Positions 1 to 7,968 of a DNA stretch of 64,000 bases are shown one piece after another (positions within the stretch are counted from its first letter, which is position 1; every line of letters starts with the position of its first letter). The DNA comes from a virus (taxonomy: Duplodnaviria; Caudoviricetes). Where the stretch lies: the IMG/VR virus record IMGVR_UViG_3300033120_000865, positions 38,595 through 102,594 of that record, one strand, 5' to 3'. The position numbers and the translations under genes were made by a program. The notes under the pieces were generated by a model. The model did not search any database, had not been told where the DNA came from, and saw only the letters and a list, made by a program, of their open reading frames with translations.

Positions 1-538
1 TTAATGTAGTTAAAATAGAATCTTTTTTTAAAACTAATCTTTCAAATTGCTCAAAATCTATTCTAGCACCATTAAAATCAGATGGATGAGTTTTTGCTGA
101 TGGATGATTATTTACCATACCATAGGCAGAACCAAAACTAAAAATTTGATCATCAGGATATTTAAGATCTGCCCACCATTTTTTAATAATTTCTACATTC
201 ACACTATCAATAAGTATAAACCAATTATGAGGTAATTCAATAGATGTACTTTCTTGTTTTAAAATATTCTTTTTAAATTGTTCAAATGTTATTTCTGTAT
301 AATCCTTATATTTTACATTACCTTTTACAGTACCAGAAAAGTATTTAGAGTTATCTGAATGATGCTCTGATACTAATGTATAACCTATGCTAATAATTTT
401 TCTATCTTCACAAGAAATATTTGGTTGTCTTAATCTCCATTCACTTGCTGCTTTTTGATTTTCTTCAGTAATTACCATAAACCATTTATTAGGAAATGAT
501 TTAGTAGAATTATCAACTTTATTTTTTATTATAGCCAT
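1..538 (-). CDS. hypothetical protein with two internal repeats (partial, runs off window)
   Basis: Manually read ORF from ATG at 538 (MAIIKNKVDNSTKSFPNKWF...), open to position 2; duplicated motif FPNKWF..EITFEQF / LPHNWF..RIDFEQF. Confidence 0.7.
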   Translation of the reverse strand, partial: MAIIKNKVDNSTKSFPNKWFMVITEENQKAASEWRLRQPNISCEDRKIISIGYTLVSEHHSDNSKYFSGTVKGNVKYKDYTEITFEQFKKNILKQESTSIELPHNWFILIDSVNVEIIKKWWADLKYPDDQIFSFGSAYGMVNNHPSAKTHPSDFNGARIDFEQFERLVLKKDSILTTL

Positions 539-756
539 CTTATATTATTTTTAAGATGATAAATAATAGTCATATAAGCTGTTTTTCTACCATGAGTATT
601 TACAATAATATCTCCTGAAACATTATACTCAAAAGTGTCTCCTTCTTCTATTTTTAATATAGAATCTGACACATTATTATAAGGGTTAAGATGAGCAGGA
701 ATATATTCTGTTCCTGGTAGAAACATATTTTTAACTATTTCTAATTGTGGAGCCAT
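529..756 (-). CDS. hypothetical protein
   Basis: 75-aa ORF tightly packed in minus-strand gene string. Confidence 0.6.
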   Translation of the reverse strand: MAPQLEIVKNMFLPGTEYIPAHLNPYNNVSDSILKIEEGDTFEYNVSGDIIVNTHGRKTAYMTIIYHLKNNIRWL

Positions 757-760
757 AATA

Positions 761-1105
761 TTATTTTGATTTAAGTTTTTCTATTTTTCTTATAGCTATT
801 TGTTTAGCTATTGGTTCATAAGTTCTTAAAACGATATAATGCATCATAGATGTAATACCCATAATACAAAATATTGTTAATATAAAGTTCATTGCTTGCC
901 AATCACAAAAATCATAACTATAATCTACTATAAATAGTAGAATAATAGTTATATAATGACCAAGGCAATAAGGACAATGTATCAACTCTTCCAATTTAGA
1001 ATGAAGAGTTGATACATATTCTCTTAAGAATTTAAAAATACTTGTTACTGTAATAGTAAATGATACACTACATACAATAAATGATAATAATAATAATTTT
1101 TCCAT
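761..1105 (-). CDS. membrane protein, DUF1360-like
   Basis: Three hydrophobic segments with central CPYCLG motif. Confidence 0.55.
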   Translation of the reverse strand: MEKLLLLSFIVCSVSFTITVTSIFKFLREYVSTLHSKLEELIHCPYCLGHYITIILLFIVDYSYDFCDWQAMNFILTIFCIMGITSMMHYIVLRTYEPIAKQIAIRKIEKLKSK

Positions 1106-1278
1106 TATATTACTATATCACCATCTTCATAATCTTCAGCCATATCACCATCTTTTAAAAGAGAGTCAATAGGAACTTTTCTTAATAAAGTAATTTCATC
1201 ACAACCACAACCACAACATGATGTATATTGTAATTTTACTTCTCTGTAATCTTTTTCTTCTTCTTTAGCTAATGCCAT
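1105..1278 (-). CDS. small acidic Cys-cluster protein (57 aa)
   Basis: Manually read: MALAKEEEKDYREVKLQYTSCCGCGCDEITLLRKVP...; its TAA overlaps the next ATG at 1105. Confidence 0.6.
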   Translation of the reverse strand: MALAKEEEKDYREVKLQYTSCCGCGCDEITLLRKVPIDSLLKDGDMAEDYEDGDIVI

Positions 1279-1350
1279 AATTAAATTTATTTAATTAATA
1301 ATAAAATGGAATATTTAATATTCTCATTATAATAAGTTTGATTAACATTT

Positions 1351-1572
1351 TCATGTTAAATATGTTTTAGGTAAACTAAGAATAATATAATGAGTGTATA
1401 GTTGATTAATATACTCAGCATATCTATCTTTATGTCTGTATTTCTTTATTCTTTCTAGTTCATGTTTTTGAACTAATACTAATGAATCTCCTAATTTTAA
1501 TAAGTTTACAAGCTTATCATTAATAGAAGGACCAGGATTCTTTTCATGAATCCAATTGCTTGATGCTGTCAT
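1351..1572 (-). CDS. hypothetical protein
   Basis: 73-aa ORF in gene string. Confidence 0.5.
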   Translation of the reverse strand: MTASSNWIHEKNPGPSINDKLVNLLKLGDSLVLVQKHELERIKKYRHKDRYAEYINQLYTHYIILSLPKTYLT

Positions 1573-1583
1573 ATATAATATGT

Positions 1584-2180
1584 TTATAAGTTTTCTTCTA
1601 CTTCCTTTCTATTCCAATTATTTTTTAATTTCTTAATTGTAATAGTATTATCTTTAGGATTTATTTTAGTACATTTACTTAAATCTCCTTTAGTCCTTCT
1701 ATTAGAACAATAATCATATTCAACTAATACATCAGTAATAATTTCACCTTTATTATAAGATTCAATATATTTTTTAATGAATTGTTGTGATGGTTGAGGT
1801 AAAATATATTTAACACTAGAGTCACTTCCTCTAACAAGACATTCTTCTAATTTAAATAATGAAGTATCTGTTGTAGCTATAATTTTTCTAAGATATTGTT
1901 CATAGTCTAAAGATTTCATATTATGAATAACTACTTTAGTAGCTTGATAAACAGAATTTTTATAACTGTCATATATATAATCACCTTCTTTTATTTTGTC
2001 ATCTTGTTCTTTATTGCCAGATGAAATAATATATAGATTACAAGGTATTAAATCACTACTAGAAGAATGTGTATGTAATAATTGATTTTTAGTATTTAAC
2101 CATAATATTTGTGATTTTCTATCAATACTATCCAATATAGTATGTAATAGTATTATCTGTGCTCTTTTAAACTGATTCAT
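1584..2180 (-). CDS. hypothetical phage protein
   Basis: 198-aa ORF with motifs KIIATTD, LPQPSQQFIKKYIE, DVLVEY. Confidence 0.7.
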   Translation of the reverse strand: MNQFKRAQIILLHTILDSIDRKSQILWLNTKNQLLHTHSSSSDLIPCNLYIISSGNKEQDDKIKEGDYIYDSYKNSVYQATKVVIHNMKSLDYEQYLRKIIATTDTSLFKLEECLVRGSDSSVKYILPQPSQQFIKKYIESYNKGEIITDVLVEYDYCSNRRTKGDLSKCTKINPKDNTITIKKLKNNWNRKEVEENL

Positions 2181-2591
2181 ATCATTTGTTTTTAAGATTA
2201 ATAATTTATTTGTATTTTACACCTAAAACTAATAAAGATTTATTCGCAAACTTGCAGAACTATTATAAGAAACTGGTGCACTCAATATCTTGTGAAGTTA
2301 TTAAGTTTTTTATCTGATTAGAGCATCTCACTCCTTTACATAACTATACCTTTTGAGCTGCATCAATGTGGCTGTTCATAAACTAGCTTAAATAGCATCT
2401 TAAGTATATATCGTTCTTTAATGATTAAGACTATCTTGTTTTTAGTCAACTATACTATTTACATATTTTAAAATCACTTGTCCATATCTAGTGGAATATA
2501 ATAGTGGTTATCTCCACTATAATATGTTTTTATTTTAGAATACCTCTACAATATTAGAAATGTTGATTTCATTTGTGATTATTTTAAATTA

Positions 2592-2732
2592 TTAATAAAA
2601 TGGTTTAGTCATAACATATAAAAATGCTGAATATGAACATCTACCTGATTGATAAAAATATTGAGCTATTGTAATAGCTCTTGATTTATTCTCTTTAGTA
2701 AGAGATTTGAATAATATACTTGATATATCCAT
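2592..2732 (-). CDS. small hypothetical protein (46 aa, start revised to MDISS)
   Basis: The upstream part of the track ORF overlaps a strong RNA structure; ATG at 2732 has an A-rich leader. Confidence 0.4.
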   Translation of the reverse strand: MDISSILFKSLTKENKSRAITIAQYFYQSGRCSYSAFLYVMTKPFY

Positions 2733-2767
2733 AATATTTAAGTTTTGGCTATTAGTATAAAATAAAT

Positions 2768-2842
2768 AAAATACTATCCTAAATGGGAGTAAACCCCTAT
2801 AGGTCATGACTCCTATATTGTCTGTTTATTAGGATAGTATTT
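2768..2842. ncRNA. candidate structured RNA (multi-branch hairpin)
   Basis: Outer 14-bp stem aaatactatcctaa/ttaggatagtattt enclosing ggg-agtaaa-ccc and tatagg-tcatgact-cctata hairpins. Confidence 0.45.
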
Positions 2843-2995
2843 CCAATGAACTTGTGCTTATCTATCAAATATTGGCTTAATAGAAAAATGCCCAGAATGC
2901 TACCAATATGGTCTAACATTTTATTCCAACACATTTTTGTCAGGGTGTAATTCATTGTTTATTGTGGTCATGCCCACCTGTTATACATGAATTTG

Positions 2996-3072
2996 TAGCA
3001 TTGAGAGGATTTACACCTCCAAATAGGGCTGATGTTTGGATGCCCTTGTTTTCTATTTTAAACTACAATGCT
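2996..3072 (-). ncRNA. tRNA-like RNA / pseudo-tRNA with 12-nt anticodon loop
   Basis: Cloverleaf AGCATTG-TA-GTTT(AAAATAGA)AAAC-A-AGGGC(ATCCAAACATCA)GCCCT-ATTT-GGAGG(TGTAAAT)CCTCT-CAATGCT-A. Confidence 0.7.
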
Positions 3073-3214
3073 TGAATTTTAATACTTTAATATAATTACC
3101 CATTGATAATTAATAACTTAGTTATGTAAATTCTTAAAGTATTAGTATATTTTGAGTAACATCTTACCTCTATTTTGTAGTTGTCGAGATTATAAAGATA
3201 TTGCTCTTGAAGTA

Positions 3215-3439
3215 TTATATACCACCAGTTCTATGTAAAACAGCTATTTGTTTATCAATAGAATATCCATTTAATGAAAGCTGGTGTTGTTGTGCTATTT
3301 TATTCTTTAGATTTTCTGTCTCTTCAAGTAATGCTTTACCTAAATAACCAGAAGCTATTAATCTAAATTTATAGTGGTCTAATATATCTAATAGTGATAT
3401 AGTTTCCTCTTCTGTTAATATAAGATTGATTGGTATCAT
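3215..3439 (-). CDS. hypothetical protein
   Basis: 74-aa ORF. Confidence 0.55.
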   Translation of the reverse strand: MIPINLILTEEETISLLDILDHYKFRLIASGYLGKALLEETENLKNKIAQQHQLSLNGYSIDKQIAVLHRTGGI

Positions 3440-3449
3440 AATATAAATA

Positions 3450-3680
3450 TTAAAAGATTTTTCTATTAATTTCAGGGTAATCAGTTGATTCTACTTTAAC
3501 CATTATATCTCCACAACATATTGTATAATGTGTTCCTTTAAATACATCACTAAATGATGTAGTATATTTAAGGTTATATTTATTAACAAATTGTCTTCCT
3601 TCATAGAATGAAAATGAAGCTATATTATGTCCACTATCTTTATTTTGAGTTATTTCTTTTGGTATGATTGATGTGTTCAT
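3450..3680 (-). CDS. hypothetical protein
   Basis: 76-aa ORF. Confidence 0.55.
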   Translation of the reverse strand: MNTSIIPKEITQNKDSGHNIASFSFYEGRQFVNKYNLKYTTSFSDVFKGTHYTICCGDIMVKVESTDYPEINRKIF

Positions 3681-3740
3681 AATTTAAGTTTTAGCTATTA
3701 ATAAATATGTTTTATTTATTTGTGTAATTTAAATGTAGTT

Positions 3741-3927
3741 AAAACTGGATGTATATGTAGTGACACACACTCTTATCATCATATTAATCAATATAATTGG
3801 AATAATATAGTAAGACTTCTATCTATTACTATATTAACAATCTTGCCTAATACAAAATGAGTAGCATTTACTTCTTTAATATTCAAATTTTACTTTTAAT
3901 ATCTTATACTACATATACTCCAGTTTT
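3741..3927. ncRNA. candidate structured non-coding RNA
   Basis: ~20-bp long-range inverted repeat (aaaactggatgtatatgtagt 3741-3761 / actacatatactccagtttt 3908-3927) enclosing an 11-bp hairpin at 3803-3836; no substantial ORF. Confidence 0.45.
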
Positions 3928-4042
3928 TATTCCAACTAATTATACTTCCACCTTATTTAATCACATCCTTTACCTTATATATGTAATATTGTAATCACCT
4001 CAATACCTTAATAGGTATTATATTAGATTATATCTACAAATT

Positions 4043-4063
4043 AGTGTGGGTTTTTAGAGTGGG
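4043..4063 (-). promoter_or_regulatory. G-rich repeated motif, putative phage (virion) RNAP early promoter, copy 1
   Basis: agtgtgggtttttagagtggg; first 14 bp identical to the copy at 4467. Confidence 0.5.
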
Positions 4064-4121
4064 AAACCACTGATAAATAAGATAGAGAACAAGGTTCTTT
4101 GATTTAATAGTGTTGTTAAAT

Positions 4122-4153
4122 AAAAATAAAAAAGAAAGGGAGATTGCTCTCCC
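4122..4153 (-). terminator. intrinsic terminator
   Basis: GGGAGA-GCAA-TCTCCC hairpin followed by a U-rich tract on the minus strand, just after the stop of 4161..4433. Confidence 0.75.
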
Positions 4154-4160
4154 CTTATTA

Positions 4161-4433
4161 TTATAGTGTCATCTCAGCATCAGCATATTTGACAATTCTA
4201 TAAGCTTGGTATTCACCTTGCTCACCTTTTCTTACTTCATGTTGTAGTCCTAATCCAGCTAGATTAGCATCTTTCTTCAACTCAGCAACAGTGTCTTTAT
4301 GGATAGATACAGCAACTCTGTTGTCATTATCCCAGTGTCTCATCCACTCAGTAGTTTCACCAGCTTCATTTTTAGCAGTGTTCAATTCAAAGGTTGGAAT
4401 TCCTAATTTAGTTTTAATGTCTTGTAATTTCAT
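4161..4433 (-). CDS. early hypothetical protein
   Basis: 90-aa ORF flanked by its own promoter-like motif and terminator. Confidence 0.8.
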   Translation of the reverse strand: MKLQDIKTKLGIPTFELNTAKNEAGETTEWMRHWDNDNRVAVSIHKDTVAELKKDANLAGLGLQHEVRKGEQGEYQAYRIVKYADAEMTL

Positions 4434-4466
4434 GATAATTTAATTTAATGATTTATACTCAAGATA

Positions 4467-4487
4467 AGTGTGGGTTTTTAAGATGGG
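4467..4487 (-). promoter_or_regulatory. G-rich repeated motif, putative early promoter, copy 2
   Basis: agtgtgggtttttaagatggg, 34 bp upstream of ATG 4433. Confidence 0.5.
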
Positions 4488-4496
4488 TTATAGATG

Positions 4497-4521
4497 AAAA
4501 CAAAAAGGGCTAATTGCCCTT
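4497..4521 (-). terminator. intrinsic terminator
   Basis: aagggc-taatt-gccctt hairpin with minus-strand U tract. Confidence 0.65.
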
Positions 4522-4527
4522 AATGGT

Positions 4528-4605
4528 TTACTGTCTGTCATAGCTGTTGAAATCTGCTAGGTTAGCAGACAATGAGCCATCAGGTAATTGATACATTGTT
4601 CTCAT
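4528..4605 (-). CDS. micro-ORF (25 aa) MRTMYQLPDGSLSANLADFNSYDRQ
   Basis: Manually translated; fills the gap between 4631..4861 and the terminator. Confidence 0.4.
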   Translation of the reverse strand: MRTMYQLPDGSLSANLADFNSYDRQ

Positions 4606-4630
4606 GGGTAATAGTGGTTAGTAGTAAGGA

Positions 4631-4861
4631 TTAGTTAGGGTTTTTAGTTCTAGTGATTAGGATGAAGCCTAATGCTAATGTGCTTAATATAAGTATATAC
4701 ATTGAGCAGTTGTACATTTCAACTTCTTGGTCTAGTACAGCAGACATAGTACCATGAACATCATCAACATTGACATGATTGTAGATACAACATACAATAG
4801 ATGAGTAGAACATTGATAGACATAGGATAGAGATGAAGAATATTTTACATACTTTAATCAT
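4631..4861 (-). CDS. small two-TM membrane protein
   Basis: Two hydrophobic helices in 76 aa. Confidence 0.55.
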   Translation of the reverse strand: MIKVCKIFFISILCLSMFYSSIVCCIYNHVNVDDVHGTMSAVLDQEVEMYNCSMYILILSTLALGFILITRTKNPN

Positions 4862-4918
4862 GGCTGGAGAATTTAGTTGTTAGTATAAAGAGTGGGGGGT
4901 AGTTCCCCTCTAAGGATT

Positions 4919-4939
4919 GGTGGGGGTCTTTATGTGGGG
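4919..4939 (-). promoter_or_regulatory. G-rich repeated motif, putative early promoter, copy 3 (degenerate)
   Basis: ggtgggggtctttatgtgggg matches copy 1 at 14/21 positions. Confidence 0.35.
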
Positions 4940-4996
4940 TGGTTCACACTCCTATTATTTCTCACTAAAAATTTTTTCCTAGAAAATTTTAGACAT

Positions 4997-5023
4997 AAAA
5001 AAACTCTCATAAGATTGAGAGTT
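4997..5023 (-). terminator. intrinsic terminator
   Basis: aactctca-taagat-tgagagtt hairpin with minus-strand U tract. Confidence 0.6.
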
Positions 5024-5139
5024 CAGTAAAAACCTTAAAAGAAAAAGAACCAAAAAGAAAACTATATATTTAGCCTATTATTCTTTCAGAATCATTGGTT
5101 GACTATGGTGTGTGAACACACATAGAAAACTATGTTTGG

Positions 5140-5170
5140 CAAAGTTAGTCTTTTTTTTTGACATAATCAA
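5140..5170 (-). promoter_or_regulatory. Bacteroidota sigma-A type promoter (leftward)
   Basis: TTG-N20-TAACTTTG on the minus strand. Confidence 0.55.
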
Positions 5171-5255
5171 GTATTTTATAGAGTTTTTAGAAAAAGTTAT
5201 TAACAATCTGGCTACACTATTAACTTCCTGGTATTATTAAATTTATTAAAATGTT

Positions 5256-5286
5256 TTTGTTTATATTAATTTTTTAATTAACTTTG
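5256..5286 (+). promoter_or_regulatory. Bacteroidota sigma-A type promoter for the late operon
   Basis: TTTG-N19-TAACTTTG, matches the -33/-7 consensus. Confidence 0.75.
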
Positions 5287-5298
5287 CTTCAAATTAAA

Positions 5299-5670
5299 AT
5301 GAATAATATGATAATAGAATTCAATACCTCAAAAGCTTCTTTAGAAGAAACCTTTGATAGAGCAATGCAAGCAGAGACTACAGGAGAGGCTTCTCTAACT
5401 TTTCATAGAGAAAGAGATTACATTTCTACAACAGCAATTGAAATGGATAATGTAGTTGATTATGAAGTAGGTAAAGTTTGGGTAAATAACCAGGAATATG
5501 ATTGTGTGTATGCTAAGTTAGATATTACTGATGATTCTTATACAAGAAATCTAATGATAACAGGTGCAGATTTTAGAGTATTATTAGAGAGTACTAGAAA
5601 TATAAAAATAAGAAGTGCAGAAGAAATGTTAAATAAGATAAACAATGAAAATAATCCAACAAGTATTTAA
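5299..5670 (+). CDS. hypothetical protein (start revised to ATG 5299)
   Basis: Track start TTG 5284 lies inside the -7 promoter box. Confidence 0.7.
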   Translation: MNNMIIEFNTSKASLEETFDRAMQAETTGEASLTFHRERDYISTTAIEMDNVVDYEVGKVWVNNQEYDCVYAKLDITDDSYTRNLMITGADFRVLLESTRNIKIRSAEEMLNKINNENNPTSI

Positions 5671-6007
5671 GTTAGAAAGAAGTGAATATTATACCATGCA
5701 TCTTGGTATTATTAACTCTGTATTACCAGTTAAATTAAGTGATAAAGAGTTGGAAGTTTTAGCAGCTTTTATGGCATTAGATGAGAATATTATTAAAGAT
5801 GATAATTTTAATTCATTTGCTAGGAAAATTGTTAGAGAAAAATTAAAACCTAATCTTTCTTCTGCTGGTTTAAGTAATCACTTGAAGTCAATGATTGATA
5901 AAGGTTTTCTTTCTAAAGATAGTATTACAAATGTAATTACTATTAAAGAGTTTTTAAAACCAGAACAAGATACACAAGGTTATCAATTTAAAATTAGTAA
6001 AATATGA
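5645..6007 (+). CDS. putative winged-HTH DNA-binding protein
   Basis: LSDKELEVL...LSSAGLSNHLKSMIDKGFL pattern. Confidence 0.5.
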   Translation: MKIIQQVFKLERSEYYTMHLGIINSVLPVKLSDKELEVLAAFMALDENIIKDDNFNSFARKIVREKLKPNLSSAGLSNHLKSMIDKGFLSKDSITNVITIKEFLKPEQDTQGYQFKISKI

Positions 6008-6309
6008 AATACATATTAGGAGTATATGGTAAAACAGCATATAATTTATACTCACATCAACATGAATATACAACTAAAATTTTAGTCTCACAAGATGTTC
6101 TTGATTTTTTAAATAATCATGATATAGAAATAACATCAAAAGGAGAAAGACTTTATATTATGAATAATGTAAAGTATATTTATTTAGGTATAGATTTTGA
6201 ACCAGAAGTAGATATAAAAGAAGTAGTAAAAAAATATCAATATATGTATGACATTATAGTTGGAAGACTTGAAGAATTAATAAAGAAAGAATATGAGAAA
6301 AACAAATGA
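6004..6309 (+). CDS. hypothetical protein
   Basis: 101-aa ORF, overlapping start/stop with neighbours. Confidence 0.65.
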   Translation: MKYILGVYGKTAYNLYSHQHEYTTKILVSQDVLDFLNNHDIEITSKGERLYIMNNVKYIYLGIDFEPEVDIKEVVKKYQYMYDIIVGRLEELIKKEYEKNK

Positions 6310-6616
6310 TATATTAATTACTGAATTTCATAAAGAAAAATTAGATGTGTATCCTGATATTAATTTAGACCAAGCAAAAGAAATATGTAATGCTCCCTGG
6401 TTATTTTTAAAAGAAGAAATGGAAAGTGGAGAATTACCAGAAGTTAGATTTAAATATTTTGGCACTTTTCAAGTTTATAAAGGTAGAGCAAAGAATATGT
6501 TAGATAATTTGAAAGAAAGATTTAGGTTTAATAAGGTAGATAAAAAAGAATACTTTAGAATTAAAAATATTTTAGATAATTTTTTAAATAAAAAAGAAGA
6601 TGATTTGGAAAAATAA
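6293..6616 (+). CDS. HU/IHF-like DNA-binding protein
   Basis: EVRFKYFGTFQV resembles the HU V.L.GFGTF motif. Confidence 0.55.
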   Translation: MRKTNDILITEFHKEKLDVYPDINLDQAKEICNAPWLFLKEEMESGELPEVRFKYFGTFQVYKGRAKNMLDNLKERFRFNKVDKKEYFRIKNILDNFLNKKEDDLEK

Positions 6617-6893
6617 ACATATAAATATAGGAGAAGTTAAAGTAGGTAAGAAAAAAATGATTACATTTAATGGTCTTGAAAATCTACCAGAGATTAGAAG
6701 TATGACTTCAACTTGTGGATGTAGTGCTCCAAAAATAGAAGGTAATAATATAGTAGTTATATTTGTTGCTCCTTCTATTCCTTTAAATAAGATTACTATT
6801 GGTTATGATAATATTATAAAACAAGTAAAAATTATCTATAGAGATGGTACACAAGATACATTAAGTTTTTCAGCTAAAATAATTAAAAATTAA
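6600..6893 (+). CDS. DUF1573-like Ig-fold protein
   Basis: IGEV..G, TSTCGCS motif, all-beta pattern. Confidence 0.55.
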   Translation: MIWKNKHINIGEVKVGKKKMITFNGLENLPEIRSMTSTCGCSAPKIEGNNIVVIFVAPSIPLNKITIGYDNIIKQVKIIYRDGTQDTLSFSAKIIKN

Positions 6894-6896
6894 ATT

Positions 6897-7388
6897 ATGA
6901 GAACAAGTGTTAAAGGAATAGCAATGATAAAGAGTTTTGAAAGTTTACATGATGGGGATTTAAGTATGATTGGTTTACAACCTAAAATGGACCCAGTGGG
7001 AATATGGACTGAAGGTTATGGTAGAGCAATGAGAGATAAGAATGGAAATTTTATTAAAGGTATTCTTAATAAAAAATTAGTTTATGAATGTATTACTATT
7101 AAGACAGAAGTTCAAGCAGAGAAAGCTTTAATAGAAGATTTAGCAGCAAGAGAGCATGTTGTTATGCAAAATATTAGAATTAAATTAAATCAGAATCAAT
7201 TTGATGCATTGGTTTCCTATGTATATAATACAGGTGGTTCTTCTACTTTATATAATCTTATTAATAAGAATGCAGGTAAAGAAAAAATCCAAAATTGGTT
7301 TGAAACTAAGTATATAACCAGTGGAGGGATTAAATTACCAGGATTAGTAAATAGAAGAAAAGCAGAATCAACTTTATATTTTAGTTAA
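6897..7388 (+). CDS. endolysin, GH24 lysozyme
   Basis: FESL..., DPVGIWTEGYG, LNQNQFDALVS, GLVNRRKAE. Confidence 0.9.
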   Translation: MRTSVKGIAMIKSFESLHDGDLSMIGLQPKMDPVGIWTEGYGRAMRDKNGNFIKGILNKKLVYECITIKTEVQAEKALIEDLAAREHVVMQNIRIKLNQNQFDALVSYVYNTGGSSTLYNLINKNAGKEKIQNWFETKYITSGGIKLPGLVNRRKAESTLYFS

Positions 7389-7389
7389 T

Positions 7390-7962
7390 ATGGCATATTT
7401 ATTTCAAATAAATGGAAAGGCAGTATTTCCAAATCCTGAGACTCTATTAATCTCTCCATTCAAAGAAATATGGGATAGAGATTTAAGTTCAGAAAAAGAA
7501 AATGCTATACAAGAATTTGCTTACATAGAGTTTATGACTTCTATGTTAAAGTCAAATCCTTATAGGGAATATCCAGAAACTAAGAAAGATGAAATTATTA
7601 GAAAAGATATTATCACACAAATAGAATGGCAACCTGATGATTTAGTTGTAGAAGCAATGGAATGGTTGGTTAATAAACAAACTGAAGGTTCTATTACTTT
7701 TACTTATTGGTTATCTAATAAAGCAGCTATTGAGAAAATGATTAATTTTTTTAATAATTTTGATATTGATGAAAGAAACTTTAAATCTGGAATGCCTATT
7801 TATAAACCAAAAGATATTACAAGTGCAGTGGCTGATGCTGAAAAAACATTGACTACATTAAGTGCATTAAAAACAAAAGTAGATGAGGAATTATATGAGA
7901 GCAATAGAAATAGGGCAGATAAAGTAATCAGTCCTTTTGCAAATCCAAACAGTTTAAAATAA
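7390..7962 (+). CDS. hypothetical protein, candidate terminase small subunit
   Basis: Helical 190-aa protein upstream of TerL; function inferred from position only. Confidence 0.45.
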   Translation: MAYLFQINGKAVFPNPETLLISPFKEIWDRDLSSEKENAIQEFAYIEFMTSMLKSNPYREYPETKKDEIIRKDIITQIEWQPDDLVVEAMEWLVNKQTEGSITFTYWLSNKAAIEKMINFFNNFDIDERNFKSGMPIYKPKDITSAVADAEKTLTTLSALKTKVDEELYESNRNRADKVISPFANPNSLK

Positions 7963-7968
7963 AAAATT

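Noticed and set aside
2592-2807. 71-aa version of this ORF
   Set aside because: The N-terminal part overlaps a strong RNA structure; ATG 2732 is the more plausible start.
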